A stretch of DNA of 64,000 nt from NCBI RefSeq assembly GCF_018977255.1, contig NW_024704743.1:76014001-76078000 (forward strand), written 5' to 3'. Position 1 is the stretch's first letter, and each line of letters opens with the position of its first letter. This document shows, in pieces, positions 52,306-64,000 of this stretch. This DNA is from Callorhinchus milii (Eukaryota). The notes beneath the pieces are model-generated. The model searched no databases and was not told the DNA's origin. It worked only from the letters and a program-made list of their open reading frames with translations. The position numbers and the translations under genes are program-made.

Positions 52306-52630
52306 ATAATAATAATAATAATAATCCTTGCATTTGATATAGCGCTTTTCACGTCGGGAGGACGTCCCAAAGCGCTTCACAGAATAGACTGTAAAGTGAA
52401 TTGACTGTATATTTGTGGGCGAACGCGGCAGCCAATTGCGCACAGCAATGTCCCACAAACAGTCGTAGATTGAAAATGACCAATTTATTATTGTTTTTGT
52501 TTTTTGGAGGGATTATTATTAGGCTCTGTGTGGAGTAAGGAAACTTGCCCAAGGTTTCGCCCTGCCTGGGATTGAACTCAGGTCTCTCACTTGCAAAGCG
52601 AGTGCTCTAACCACTGAGCTACAGGACTCC
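52306..52630 (-). mobile_element. Full-length tRNA-headed SINE, short variant, with candidate target-site duplication ACTTTTA
   Basis: Head ggagtcctgtagctcagtggttagagcactcgctttgcaag on the - strand; ACTTTTA at 52299-52305 and 52634-52640. Confidence 0.92.
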
Positions 52631-53794
52631 AGGACTTTTAGTTGGTAAAAATGAAATTTCCTTCACCCACTGCTGGGTGATTTTAATGCATACCATCAAC
52701 AGCTGCTCTGTGTCTCATTTACTCAGGTATATATGTACTCATGTTAGCCTAAACAACTGATCATTCATCTACATCTACCCACAATTACAATCCTGATCAA
52801 TTTGGTAACACATTGTCCTCAATTTTATTCCAATATCCCATACAGTCAGTTTCCTTACCTGTTACTCTTCTGAATTTTCTCATATCTCACAAAACAGACT
52901 CTCTCTGTCAACAAGACCAAGTTTGTGTGGCATTACAAATCAGCTGACTTGGTAGAGTCTAGAATTCCTTGCTTTTTTTCCCCTGTTTTCAATGCTGCTT
53001 TTACTCCACTAATCCTATCATCGGTACTACTGAACTAATCAATGGTATTCTAATTTAGTGTGAAAAGGTTTACATTACATTTGTTTCTGTCAGATTGAGC
53101 ACTGCATCGTGGCCCAACTCCACTGTTGCCTTTCATAAAAATTCCACCCACTGCTCATGACATCTTAATCTGAAGCGTTTTTGAGTGATTATCTCAGCTT
53201 CATTGCTGGACACTTGTCAGAAACAAGGTCCTATCTGCCTATCTTGTGGTTCAGGTGGATGCTAAAAACCCAGTGGCACGCTTTTAAAAGATAAACAAGT
53301 TCTTTCAATATCCTGGCCAATATTCTCCTTCATTCAAATTCATTAAAAAGCAATTTTGAATTGGTCATTCGTCCAAGTATTGTTTGTAGGTCACTGCTGG
53401 CACAGATAAACTGTCACAATTGTCTTCATTTCAGCGCTTTGGGACGTGCTCCCGACGTGAAAGGCGCTCTATAAATGTAATTTTGTTGTTGTTAAGGATA
53501 GTCAATACACTTCAAAATACTATTGTGTGAAATGTTCTGCGGCATTTTGGTGTGATATGGAGTTATTCAAAATGCAAGGAATTTTGTATTATAACTTTAG
53601 ATCTAATTGTATTGAAAAGCAACTAATGTCTTCCTGTCCCTTTAACATATATTCTTTCTGGTTCATTGCTAAATGTACCTGAATACTTTCTTTATTGCTC
53701 CACACCAGTGATCAGTGAAACTTGACTTCTTGGGATCATTTTCCTCTAACTGTAATTTAGATGACCCTGACAAAAAAAATCTGCTCTTCATGGC

Positions 53795-54385
53795 TATGTT
53801 CTACTCCACTACTCCACAGAAACAGCCCTGGTCAAAGTGGCAAATGAGATTCTGTCCATCTGCGACCAGGGCTCTCTCTGCCTCCTCGTCCTTCTTGACC
53901 TCGCTGCTGCTTTCGACACCGTTGACCACTCTATCCTCATTCACACTCGCCTCTCACTTCAATCTTCACTGTCCTTGACTGGTTCAGATCGTACCTCTCA
54001 CACCACCTCCACTTCATCTCCACAAACGGTTTCTCCTCTAGGCCCCGTACCATCTCATGCGGCGTTCCTCAGGGCTCTGTCTTTGGTCCCTTCCTCTTCA
54101 ATATCTATAGGCTCCCTGTTGGTGACATCACCCGCAGACACGGGGTCAACTGCCACATGTATGCGGATGACACCCAATTGTATCTCTCTGCCTCCGCCCT
54201 TTACTCCAGGACTCAATGCTGTCCTGACAGAATATCTGTCAGACATCAAGTCCTGGATGAGAGGTAACTTTCTACAGTTGAACGTCAACAAGACCGAGGC
54301 TCTCCTGATTGGCTCCCGTCAGCGCCTCCACACCTCATGCGCTGACAGCATCGCCATCCAGGGATGCACACTCTGCCTTAATCCC
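53795..54385 (+). mobile_element. L2 LINE RT fragment, frameshifted
   Basis: STETALVKVANEIL...[19 protein letters not shown]; tatgcggatgac (YADD) in another frame; [19 protein letters not shown]. Confidence 0.9.
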
Positions 54386-54927
54386 GCATGCCAAAGCCCT
54401 AAAGAGGGTGGTCCAAGCTGAACAAGCAGCCAGAAGTTTGCTAGTGGTTGCAAACTGTTTTAGTTAGTTAAACTCAAACAGTACCCACACGAAGAAATCA
54501 AATACTCAGCTGACCAAAACAAAGCTTAAGATACTTCATTTGTTTAAAGTGACTGATTTGCCTCCATCAACTTATGGATACTTTTGAAAATCTCAAAAAC
54601 TCCTTTTCCAAGGAACAGTAGTCCATCTACCTTAACCTTTTCTCAAAACTTTCCAAAACCTGAAATTAACTTGGCAATTCGACTCCATATCCTCTGACGG
54701 ACAATAATATCCTTTCTATAACTAGATAACTATAGCAGAACTGCACACAACACTCCAGATGAGGTATAACTAAAACCTACAATGAAACAATATTACCTCG
54801 TAAAGGAATCCAGAACCTTATTTACATTTGAAATTTAACTGAGCACTAAGCAAATGATTACAAAGATTCATCCAGAATAATGCTAAAGATTTCTTTCTTG
54901 ATTAGCGTGCTCTACAACTGCCAATGT

Positions 54928-55240
54928 GGAGTCCTGTAGCTCAGTGGTTAGAGCACTCGCTTTGCAAGCGAGACACCTGGGTTCAATTCCAGGCAGAGCG
55001 AAACCTTGGGCAAGTTTCCTTACTCTACACGCCTAATAATAATCCCTCCAAAGCAAAACAATAATAAATTGGTCAATTTCAATCCATGACTGGTTGTGGG
55101 ACACTTCCGTGCACAATTGGCTGTCGTGTTTCGCCCACAAATATACGGTCAATTGACTTCACAATCTATTCTGTGAAGTGCTTTTGAGACGTCAAGAAGA
55201 CGTGAAAAGCATTATATCAAATGCAAGGATTATTATTATT
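54928..55240 (+). mobile_element. Full-length tRNA-headed SINE, short variant
   Basis: tRNA-Ala(TGC)-like head with stem ctcgc/gcgag around loop tttgcaa; tail atatcaaatgcaaggattattatt. Confidence 0.92.
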
Positions 55241-55947
55241 TAACATGCATTCCCTTCTTCTGGTTCTTTCCTCCTATATGGAATAAATTTATACTTTGAA
55301 CTGTATCTGTCTAAATACATTAAAATAGCAAAAAAAGTTGATTGGACCTGCTGTTCAAAAATGAAAACAGCTGCTGTTTGACAGAATTACAATCCCAAAG
55401 TTGCAATAATTTACATGTTTATTGGCACATTGTAAGAGTGCATTAAATGAGTAACGCAACTTTCTAGGATCTCTCAGGAATAAACGAGCTTGCTTGCTAA
55501 ATAACAACAATCCATGCAAACAGAATAAAGTGACCACAACCCAAATTAATGATATTCAATATATTCTTCCAAATTTGATATTGTACTCACAGAAAATATT
55601 TTGTACTGTGTCAAAAATACAAATAAAGGAAAATTGAACCTGAATGAGAATATTACAAATATAATTGCTTGAATTGATGTCAACAGATGGAATTTGTAAT
55701 ATTATTTTGTCAAAATACAGAAGTAGTTAAATACAACAGTTTATCAGAGGTGGCAATACTGTACAAACTCTTTACAGGTGAAAAACAACAATATAACTTG
55801 TGTTGCCCATGATTTACATAAATGACACTGAAACAACAGAAGTTTTCAATTATAAAGCTCATTCCACATGAGTTTTAAATATTAAATTAGTATCAGCATG
55901 TACCTGAAATAGAACTTTTTTTTCAAAAATATGAAATTGACAGGTGC

Positions 55948-56397
55948 GTCAGCCTGGCTCAGTGGTAGCGCTCTCGCTAGGGAGAAGGTTGTGGGTTCAA
56001 GTCCCACATCGGGAGTTGAAAGCACAGTCTAAGCTGCCGCTCCCACTGTAGCCCGGGGTGGAGGGGGGGGGGGAGAGGGGAGTTCCTTGTCAGAGTTGTC
56101 ATCCTTCAGATGATACATCTACATTTTTCAGATGATACATACAAGGTCCCGTCTGCCAGTTGAGGTGGAAGTTAAAGATCCCGTGACACAATTCAAAAAG
56201 AGGAGTTCTTCCCGGTATCCTGATCAACAAATCCCTCAACTAAAATTAGTCACTCACTCCACTAGCTGTTTGTGCAAATTGGCTGCCACGGTTGTCTATA
56301 AATATACAGTCACTCTACTTCAGAGTAAAATCCCGTGAAGCACTTTAGAACATCCTCCCAACGTAAAGGGCACAAATCAAATGGAAAGGTTATCATT
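55948..56397 (+). mobile_element. Full-length Deu-domain SINE (SacSINE1/AmnSINE-like)
   Basis: Head gtcagcctggctcagtggtagcgctctcgc...gggttcaagtccc; central aggtggaagttaaagatccc...tgtgcaaattggctgcc. Family name is from memory. Confidence 0.82.
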
Positions 56398-57257
56398 AAG
56401 CAAAACTCTTCACATGCAAGCATCACTCTCCATTTGTCGTTGAAGTCTTCTCTCTCTAGTTATAGGTAATTGAATCCTTATTAAAGACAGGAAAAACTAC
56501 AAAAATAGATCATATGCAGCTGTACAAAGATTTACATAAATGTCTGGCTGAGTAATTGAGCACTAGATGTTTCTAACTGGAATCCAAGTTAATTGCATCT
56601 TACATGACTTTATTTGGAGAACTATAGACAGTTTTCTGTATAAAAATGATCATCCCAGAATTATGTAGAATTGTTATGCTACCAGAACTCACTGTAGTAG
56701 GACTAGAATGCTACGAAAACAAACAAGGATAAACAAATTTTTCCAGAAACTGCAAACATTCATTCTTCTTGTAGTTGTTAGTTTGACATGAATTTTTTTC
56801 TTCCCCCTTCCACATTCAATAGTTTTGTGTACTTGCTATTTATTTTGATCTATACTGTACCTACATTTTGGGCAAGATTAAGATATCTTATTTTTAAACA
56901 AAGAAGATAGACTTCCCTACCCCCACCTCCCCAAAAACCTCAGTCTGTACCTTCATCAAAACATTTATTCTCTTCAACAGGAAACGTCCAGGACCTTGGA
57001 CAGTGGAACTTTAGGCTACTGAACTTTTTACCCTCAGTGCGAGACAAATGCCCTTATTTGCAGTGAGTTTCTTCCTCTCGAATTGTGTTACTTTTTTCAT
57101 GCTAGAGATAATCTGGAATCCCTTCCAACAAGATTAAGGCACCTGAAGGGCCAACCAATGGCTGCAGAATCAGCATCCATGGTGCTCTCAACAGGCTAGG
57201 TCGCCTTGTTTTCCTAATCAAGTGCAGAATGCAAAGGGCATTATATATGTATGTGTA

Positions 57258-57580
57258 AATAATAATAATCCTTGTATTTGATGTAGCACTTCACAGGACT
57301 TACATTAAAGAGTAGTGACTGCATATATTATAGATTGGACACACCAGCCAATTGCCTGCAAATGTCACAGCAATGTCCTGCCAACAGCCAAGAAGTGAAT
57401 GACCAATTTTATTTGGGGGCACCAGGACACGGGGTGAAACTCCCTTCTCTTTTCAACTAGTGCCCTGGGATCTTTATCTGAACTGGCAGTCAATACCCGA
57501 GTTTAACATCTCACCTGAAGGACTGCAATAGCAACAATGAAGCAAACATCCAGCACTGCATTACAATGTCAGCCTGGCCT
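57258..57580 (-). mobile_element. Partial Deu-domain SINE
   Basis: Colinear with 57969-58430. Confidence 0.72.
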
Positions 57581-57968
57581 ATTCCTGTCCAAAGTCAAAA
57601 TTTCCCAAATTTGTTAAATTGAGGTTAGGAATAAACATTTGGAATCCAGGCAGTAATTCACATATGATAAAGAGGGTGCACTAGTTTGCACAGCAAATAT
57701 TGAATAGGAGATTAGGTACCTTGTAGGATAATCGACTCTCTGACTTCTTGTTGGTAGCTTGATACAGACTAAAAATTTTAGAGAAGTTCTCTCGTTCTAC
57801 CAATTGTAAAGTCTGAAACACAAGTCTTGGCATCCTCAACTCAATTTCCAGAAGGGCCACAATGTGAAACTATCTACATTATATAAATTGTCAATCTTGC
57901 CACATTCAGTATTCATGATTTGAATTTAATTGCGAGAACACTGAAATCTGATACAGCTTAAATGGTAA

Positions 57969-58430
57969 AATAATAATAATCCTTGCATTTGGTACAGCAC
58001 TCTTCATGTCAGATGACATCCCAAATCACTTCACAAGATTAACTGTGAAGTGAAGCGACTACATATTTTAGGTGAACATGGCAGCCCAATTGCGCACAGC
58101 GATGTCCCACAAACTGCCATGGAAACAAATGACCAATTTTATTTGGGAGGTTGTTGGCCAGGACAGTGGGAGAAGCTCCTTTCTGTTCCCTTCTCTTTTC
58201 AAGTAGTGCTGTGGGATCTTTCATGTCAACCTGAACAGACAAGACGAGACCTCATATAATGTCTCATCTGAAGGATAGGGAGAGGGGAGGGACAGGCAAC
58301 ATTCCCCTCCCCACAGTACTGCGCTGGGAATGTCATCTTAATACTATATGAGTTCAAAGTCCTGATGTAGGTTTTGAAACCACAACCTTCTGACTCAGAG
58401 GCGAGAGTGCTACAAACTGAGCCAGGCTAA
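57969..58430 (-). mobile_element. Full-length Deu-domain SINE
   Basis: Reverse-complement relative of 55948-56397. Confidence 0.85.
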
Positions 58431-58909
58431 TACAAATTAAATGGATTAAATATTATTATTAAATGGAATTGATGAACAGAAGGACTTTGGTGCACATACA
58501 GGTCATTAAAAGTAGCAGTCCAAGTAGATAAGGCCAGAAAAACAGAATTAGTTTTAGATTAAGAGCCACAGAAATTTACCTACAAAACATAGTGTGGTCA
58601 CTGTACTTATCAGAAACTTTGAGATATTTGACATCAAAGGAGCAATATCAAATGTAAGGATTATTATAGAATAAAAAAGCAAGGAAGTAATGATAAACTT
58701 GTACAGGACCTTATACTGTTTTGAGCACCCCTTTATATAAAGGATATGAAGCAATGGCAAGATGCCGCATAGCTTCACTACGACGTTACCGAGATTGAGG
58801 GGGTTCAATTACAAAGTGACACAGCTATTTTCACTACAGCTGAGAACGTTGTCATTTTGTGAATATTTTCCACAAAGATTTTTAGAACTTTCAAAGAATC
58901 TACATCTAC

Positions 58910-59217
58910 AACTAGTCCTAACCCCCTACCAACCTGCCTGCTCCCTCCGCTCAGCGGGCTCCAGCCTGCTTTATGTCCCCCGCCTCATCATTGGCGAGTG
59001 GGCCTTCAGCCACTCTTCCCTCATCCTCTGGAATTCCATCCCACAGTCCCTCTGCCTCGCCCCTCCCTTGCCTCCTTCAAGGTCCATCTCAAGACCCTCC
59101 TCTTCAACCGTGCCTTTAGTCCCCCTTCTACCCCCCGCCCTCCCCATCCCAACCACCAGCTCCGTTCCGAAACATCGATTATCCAGCACCTTGGGATGTC
59201 CTCCCGATGTGAAAGGC
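58910..59217 (+). mobile_element. L2 LINE 3' end
   Basis: PYQPACSLRSAG...AFSHSSLILWNSIP...FKVHLKTLLF; tail ttgggatgtcctcccgatgtgaaaggc. Confidence 0.85.
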
Positions 59218-59497
59218 CAACAACAACAACTTGCACGTATATAGGGTCCTCCACATAGGGTAGCGTCTCAGAGCACCTAACAGTGGTGGAGGCCAACTCT
59301 GAGCCAGGTGAGGAGGCGGCCGTAAGCACAACTGAAGAGGAAGGTTTTTAGGCAGGACTTGAAAAGGGGAGAGAGGGGGCAAGGCGGAGAGATTGAGGCA
59401 GTGTTCCAGTGTTTTGGGGCATAGTGGCTGAAAGCACGACTTCTGATGGTGGGGCAGAGATTGCGAGGGATGAGCAGGAGACCAGTGCCAGTCGAGG
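59218..59497 (-). mobile_element. L2 LINE 3' end in opposite orientation, (TTG)n tail
   Basis: caacaacaacaacttgcacgtatatag...gcgtctcagagc; similar to the 8528-9119 copy. Confidence 0.8.
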
Positions 59498-60094
59498 TAA
59501 GACGACTCTCACCAAGAAATTACATATAATTTAATCATTATAAGCATGCATAGTTTAATTCCATCAAGTTGGCTAATAAATGTACTCCTTCCCTCTATCC
59601 TTGATTCCTTGAGCAGTATACCTTGTAAAAGTGAAATTTATACCTCTACTCTTGAGGATTGGAGAACAGGGAATGCAACGCCAATTTACAAAAAGGGGCC
59701 AGAAAACACGTTATAAAGGCCAATACATCTGACATAGCTTGTAAGATATTGGAAAACATCCTTAAGGGAATAATAAAGCACTGAGAGAAATTTACAATTA
59801 TGAGGACCTTTTATGTAAATTATAGAAATAAAATTAGCTTCACATGTATGGCAGAAGACACTAATAAACTTTCTAGATAGTGAAAGTGTTTACTGATATA
59901 TATATTCTTATGTATTCTGACCCACTAAACACATTAGTTGTACAAGTTTGGGAGCATTTTAAAAAGCTCAACAACATGCTCGCTTAACCTGTCTAGCTTA
60001 TCTCTAATTAGTAAAGTTTAGCAAAGAAGGTTTTCATAACCAACAGCCCCAATGACTATTCTCCCAGTGGCTTTCCAATGCATACAGGCTACCA

Positions 60095-60497
60095 GTCAGC
60101 CTGGCTCAGGTGGTAGCACTCTCACATTGAGTTAGAAGTTGTGGGAACCAGTTCCACACTGGAACTTTGAACTCAATATAGCCTCTGCTGACACTCCAGT
60201 GCCAGCGGTTGCTGTATGGTTGGAGGTGCCACCCTTCAGAAGAGAAATTAAACCAAGGTGACATGTGTCTGTTCAGAGTGGTGTTAAAGATCCCAGGATA
60301 CTACTCGAAAACCGGGAGTTTCTCCCGGTATCCTGCCCAACAATCGCACAATTAAAATTGGTCATTCACCAATGCTCGTGGACCACTGCTGTACGCAAAA
60401 GGATGCACCATTCGCCTACAACCGCACAGTCACTGCACTTTCCGGTAATTCCTGCGAAGCACTTTGAGATGATTCCCACTGACATGAAAAGCGTTAA
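60095..60497 (+). mobile_element. Full-length Deu-domain SINE
   Basis: gtcagcctggctcaggtggtagcactctc head; ggaggtgccacccttcaga...ttaaagatcccagg central domain. Confidence 0.82.
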
Positions 60498-60599
60498 GAC
60501 CACATGCGTGGGCTTCTCATACATATCTTTTCGGAATACCCAGCTATGCACGTTAAAACCTTTTGAACAGCAGATCATCCTACAATTTTTAAGCCCAAC

Positions 60600-61870
60600 T
60601 CTGCAGCTTTCGCGAAGTCTCCGCCCCGAGACTCGTGCCATCTCATTACCTGGTGAAACGCGCCGAGTCCGGCTGCTCGGAGGGGTCGCCCGGCACCAAC
60701 GGCACGAAGCGCAAACGAGAGCAACTTATTGCCGCCCGCAAACCCTTCCAGAAAACGGAGCCAAGCGCCGTTCGTGAAGAAAAATGAAAAGCTCGCGTTT
60801 ACCTCGGATCTCGCTGCACACACACTGGAGGAGTGTGGGTGTGTGTGTGGGTGGGTGGGTGGGTGTGTGGGAGGGGGGGTGGGAGGGGGGGAATGGTGCG
60901 CGCGGAGAGGCGGCAAAACTAAAAAAAAAAGTGCATTAATTAAAAAAAAACTGCAGAGGAAATGGTCGCACCAGGACTTCCTGTAAAGCACAGGAAATAA
61001 AATGCGAGAGCGAGTTGGCTGGTAATGCAGGGCGGGCGGGCGGTGGGGGTGTGCAGCACAAATGTCACATCCCGGCCCCGCACAAACCGAGGGTCACTCT
61101 CCAGCTCGCGCCCATCACACGGCCTTCCTCCCCTCCCTCCCTCCCTCCCCTCCTCTGGGAGGAAGCGGGCAACAGACACAGAGCACTGCCGTCCCCCCCC
61201 CCCCCCCCCGGGGGGAGAGACTGAGAGGGAGGGAGAGAGGGAGGGAGGAGGAGAGGGAAAAACAAGGGGAAAGAGAGCGAGAAGGACGGACGGAGAGGGA
61301 GAAGCAGAGAGGGAAAAGGAGAGAAGGGGAAAGGGAGAGAGAGAGAGCGCGAGTGGCGCCTCCGCAGCCGCCATGAGGTGATCCAGTGAGGGAGGGAGGG
61401 AGGGAGGGAGGGAGGTGCGAATCCCGGGCTCATGGGGCGGCCCTGGGGGAGGCCGAGCCTCTCCTCCCTCTCACACTGGTGGGGGGGCGCTTCCACTGAG
61501 CCCGGGCCTGAGCAGGGAGGGCCGGGTGTGAGGGCAACCGGGAGAATCCCCCCCTCTCCCCTCTCCCCCTGGTAACAAACAGACCTACCTGTTTACCAGA
61601 CCAGGCTGCCGCCGGGGCCCTTCCCTCGCTCCCTGTGTGTGCGTAAGAGCCGTGTGTGTCGGGGTGGCGGCGCTCACTGGCTGGCGGGGAGGGGCGGGGC
61701 GGGCTGTCTCGATCGCCTCTGACAGTTAAACCGGCGCCGAAACCCGCGGCCGCTCGGCCATCACTCAGCCCGCGCAGCCCCGCCCACTCACACACTCGCG
61801 AGACACCCGCGCTGACGTCGACGCCCCGCCTCCCGCAGAGCATTTCTGCGCACGCGCGGCCGCTCACTGC
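60600..61870 (-). promoter_or_regulatory. CpG-island promoter and non-coding first exon(s) of KBTBD2
   Basis: CpG-rich. NRF1-like TGCGCACGCGC 61847-61857, CRE-like TGACGTCG 61813-61820, TCTCGCGAG(T) 61794-61803, GC boxes near 61691. Minus-strand donors CAG|GTAGGT (exon end 61589) and CAG|GTAATG (exon end 60650). Confidence 0.7.
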
Positions 61871-61879
61871 CTCCCTCTC

Positions 61880-62060
61880 TCTCTCTCTCCCCTCTCCCCC
61901 TGCCCCCCCTTCACCACCCCCCCCCTGCACCCCCCCCTGCACCGCCCCCCCATGCACCGCCCCCCCCATGCACCGCCCCCCCCCCTCACTGCCCCCCCCA
62001 TGCACCGCCCCCCCCATGCACCGCCCCCCCCCCCTCACTGGCCCCCCCTCACTGGCCCTC
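61880..62060. repeat. C-rich minisatellite, about 15-16 bp unit GCCCCCCC(C)ATGCACC with CCCCTCACTG variants
   Basis: Repeated units are directly visible; G-runs on the - strand. Confidence 0.85.
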
Positions 62061-62064
62061 CAAT

Positions 62065-64000
62065 AAATCACAACAACACATTGCAATTTAATGCCTTTCG
62101 TGTCGGGAGAGCGTCCCAAGTCCCGTACCTGAGCTGGGGGTTGGGTACAAGAGTGGTCGGACCAATGGGGGTGGGAAGATGACCAAAGAGGAAGATCTTG
62201 AGATGGACCTTGAAGAAGACGAGGAAAGGGGCATTGCAATGCGACTCAGAGTAGAGGGTCAGTGATGAGGGGAGGGGGAGTGACTGAGTGGGAGGTGAGT
62301 GATTGAGTTCCAGAGAGTGGGGGCAAGAAAGCTAAAAGCATGGCCACCATGTCTGCCGAGTGGAGGGAAAGGATTGGGTTGGTAAGGTTTTAGATCAGAA
62401 AGGTAAGGTGGGGCAAGCCTGAAAGGCTTTAAAAATGAGGATAACATTGAACTCGATGCTTTGGGGATAGGGAGCCAATGTAGGTGGGTAAGGATGGGGG
62501 TGATAGGTTTACAGAGTCTGGTGCAAGAGAGGACATTAGCAGCAGAATTTTGAATAGTCAGCAGCTTGCGGAGAGAAGAGTTGAGAAGAATGGTGAGCAA
62601 AGGGTTAGCATAGCACAGCTTTGAGGTGATCAGTGCATGGCTTAAAGGTTGTCTGAGGGCAGAGGTAGTGGCGGAGGTGGGAAATGTTGAGAGAGTTGGG
62701 AAAAGCTGAACAGGTCAAGGCACAGATGTGTAGTTTATAGGACAATTGAGAATCAAACACGACACTGAAGTTCGGTACTGGATTAGTATGGTGGAGTGGG
62801 CATCTGTTTATAGCGAAGCTGTCAGCTGTCAGAGATAAAAAGGCACTGACAAGCCAAGCAGGAGAGTCTGTTTTGTTGACATTTAGTTTGAGAAAGTTAG
62901 CTTTTATCCAGGATTTAATGTTTGATAGCCAACCATTCAGGACAGTAGTGGTGTTGGAATCGAGGGTAGAGGCAGAGATATAGAATTGGGTGTCAACCAA
63001 AGTTAACCCAATGCTTGCAGATGCCATCACCAAGGAGCATGTAAATGTTAAAGAGGAGATGGCCAAAGGTAGACGCCCTGAGGAACTCAACAACAACTTG
63101 CATTTATAGAGCGCCCCTCATGCAGGTTTTAGTATCTCCACAAGTAATGGTGTGGGGGCAAGAGTAGAAACCACTGGCAGATACAAAGTGGAAACACTGG
63201 GAAGAGTAAGAATGAAACCATGTAAGGACAAAACCGTGAAGGTGAAGCTGAGAGGAAAAGTGTTGGAGAAGAATAGAGTGGTCGATAGTGTCAAAGGCAG
63301 CAGAAAGATCAAGTAAGATGAGGTAGAGAGAGCCTTCGGCACAGAAGGAAAAAATTTAATTTGTGACTTCGACCAGGACAGTCTCTGTACTATGAGCAAG
63401 AATGGCATGCTGATTTGAGGGGTTGATACAGGTACTGCAGGGAAAGGAAAGAGCGAAGCTGGGAAGCAACAGTACTTTGGAGAGGAAATGAACTGAGGAG
63501 AGGAGGAGATGGAGAGGAGAGGAGGTGTCAGTACAAAGGTCAGAGAGAGCAAAATGGATATCCTCAATTTTTGGACACAGAAAGTCCAACATCTCACATT
63601 TGGAGGATGTGTGGGATATGGGGGGGAAGATGGGCGAAGAAGTTGGTTTGTAATGGAGAAGAGGAGCCTGGGGTTGTCTTTGGCATCCAGGATGATCTTG
63701 GAATAAAAAGATGATATAGCTGAGGCAAGGGCAGTGTGCTAAATTTTGGTGCAGTCCAGCCAAATTTGGTGGTGGACAGATAGATTAGATTTGATTCAGA
63801 TGTGTTGAACACACACCTGTGATTTAAGGGAGTGGAGGTGGTTGGTGTACCATGGGGACTTGCAGGAATAGTAAATGATTCAGAAGGTGATTGGGGCAAA
63901 TGTGTCGAGGATATTACTGAGGGGGTCGTGAAGGAAATTGACCGAGGAAGGGAGGGCATTGCGAGAAGAGAGCCAAAGGAGCAGGAGTTCAGATGAAATT
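62065..64000 (-). mobile_element. Long degenerate L2 LINE ORF2 fragment running off the window
   Basis: Broken minus-strand ORFs: AHSTETVLVEVTN, DTQFYISAS...IKSWIKANFLKLNVNKT, IQNSAANVL...LHWLPI...AFSFLAPTLWNS. A second L2 tail fragment is nested at about 63088-63120. Confidence 0.88.

Noticed and set aside
54928..55005. tRNA-Ala genes (also at 49254, 52555-52630, 10327)
   Set aside because: Each continues into a SINE body and (TTA)n tail with no Pol III terminator after the cloverleaf, and the stems carry mismatches. These are SINE heads.
1500..60500. The many other 60-170 aa ORFs in the track
   Set aside because: They fall in introns, SINE/LINE relics or antisense to real exons, often with non-ATG starts, and show no recognisable protein motifs.
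61367..61381. Strong Kozak context GCCGCCATG on the + strand as the start of a divergent gene
   Set aside because: It reads ATG AGG TGA, I found no downstream coding exon, and it fits a YY1-type motif better.
60575..62239. Overlapping GC-rich ORFs (e.g. 61430..62239, 269 aa; 60940..61374)
   Set aside because: Low-complexity Gly/Pro/Arg translations of the CpG island, GA tract and minisatellite; no recognisable domain.

Overview
Vertebrate nuclear DNA. The repeat content (Deu-domain SINEs, tRNA-headed SINEs with L2-type tails, L2 and CR1 LINE fragments, a Penelope-type hairpin) points to a cartilaginous fish, possibly a chimaera; this is an inference. The window holds two complete, convergent protein-coding genes. 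AVL9 (+ strand) has 16 coding exons from 1284 to 36707, giving 1932 nt and 643 aa, with all introns GT-AG and phases consistent. KBTBD2 (- strand) has 3 coding exons from 51710 to 41848, giving 1872 nt and 623 aa, plus a non-coding first exon in the CpG island at about 60.6-61.9 kb. Both promoters are CpG islands with a tandem repeat immediately upstream. The rest is intronic or UTR DNA rich in retroelement relics, several of them nested. I found no convincing wholly new biological system. The best leads are: a uORF-dense KBTBD2 5' leader; inverted SINEs bracketing the KBTBD2 start-codon exon (circRNA or editing candidate); a LIR-like motif in the AVL9 linker; a decayed hammerhead-like Penelope hairpin; an unclassified interspersed repeat in at least 7 copies; and local duplications involving the AVL9 3' UTR. 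All comparisons with human proteins and repeat families are from memory, not from a database search.
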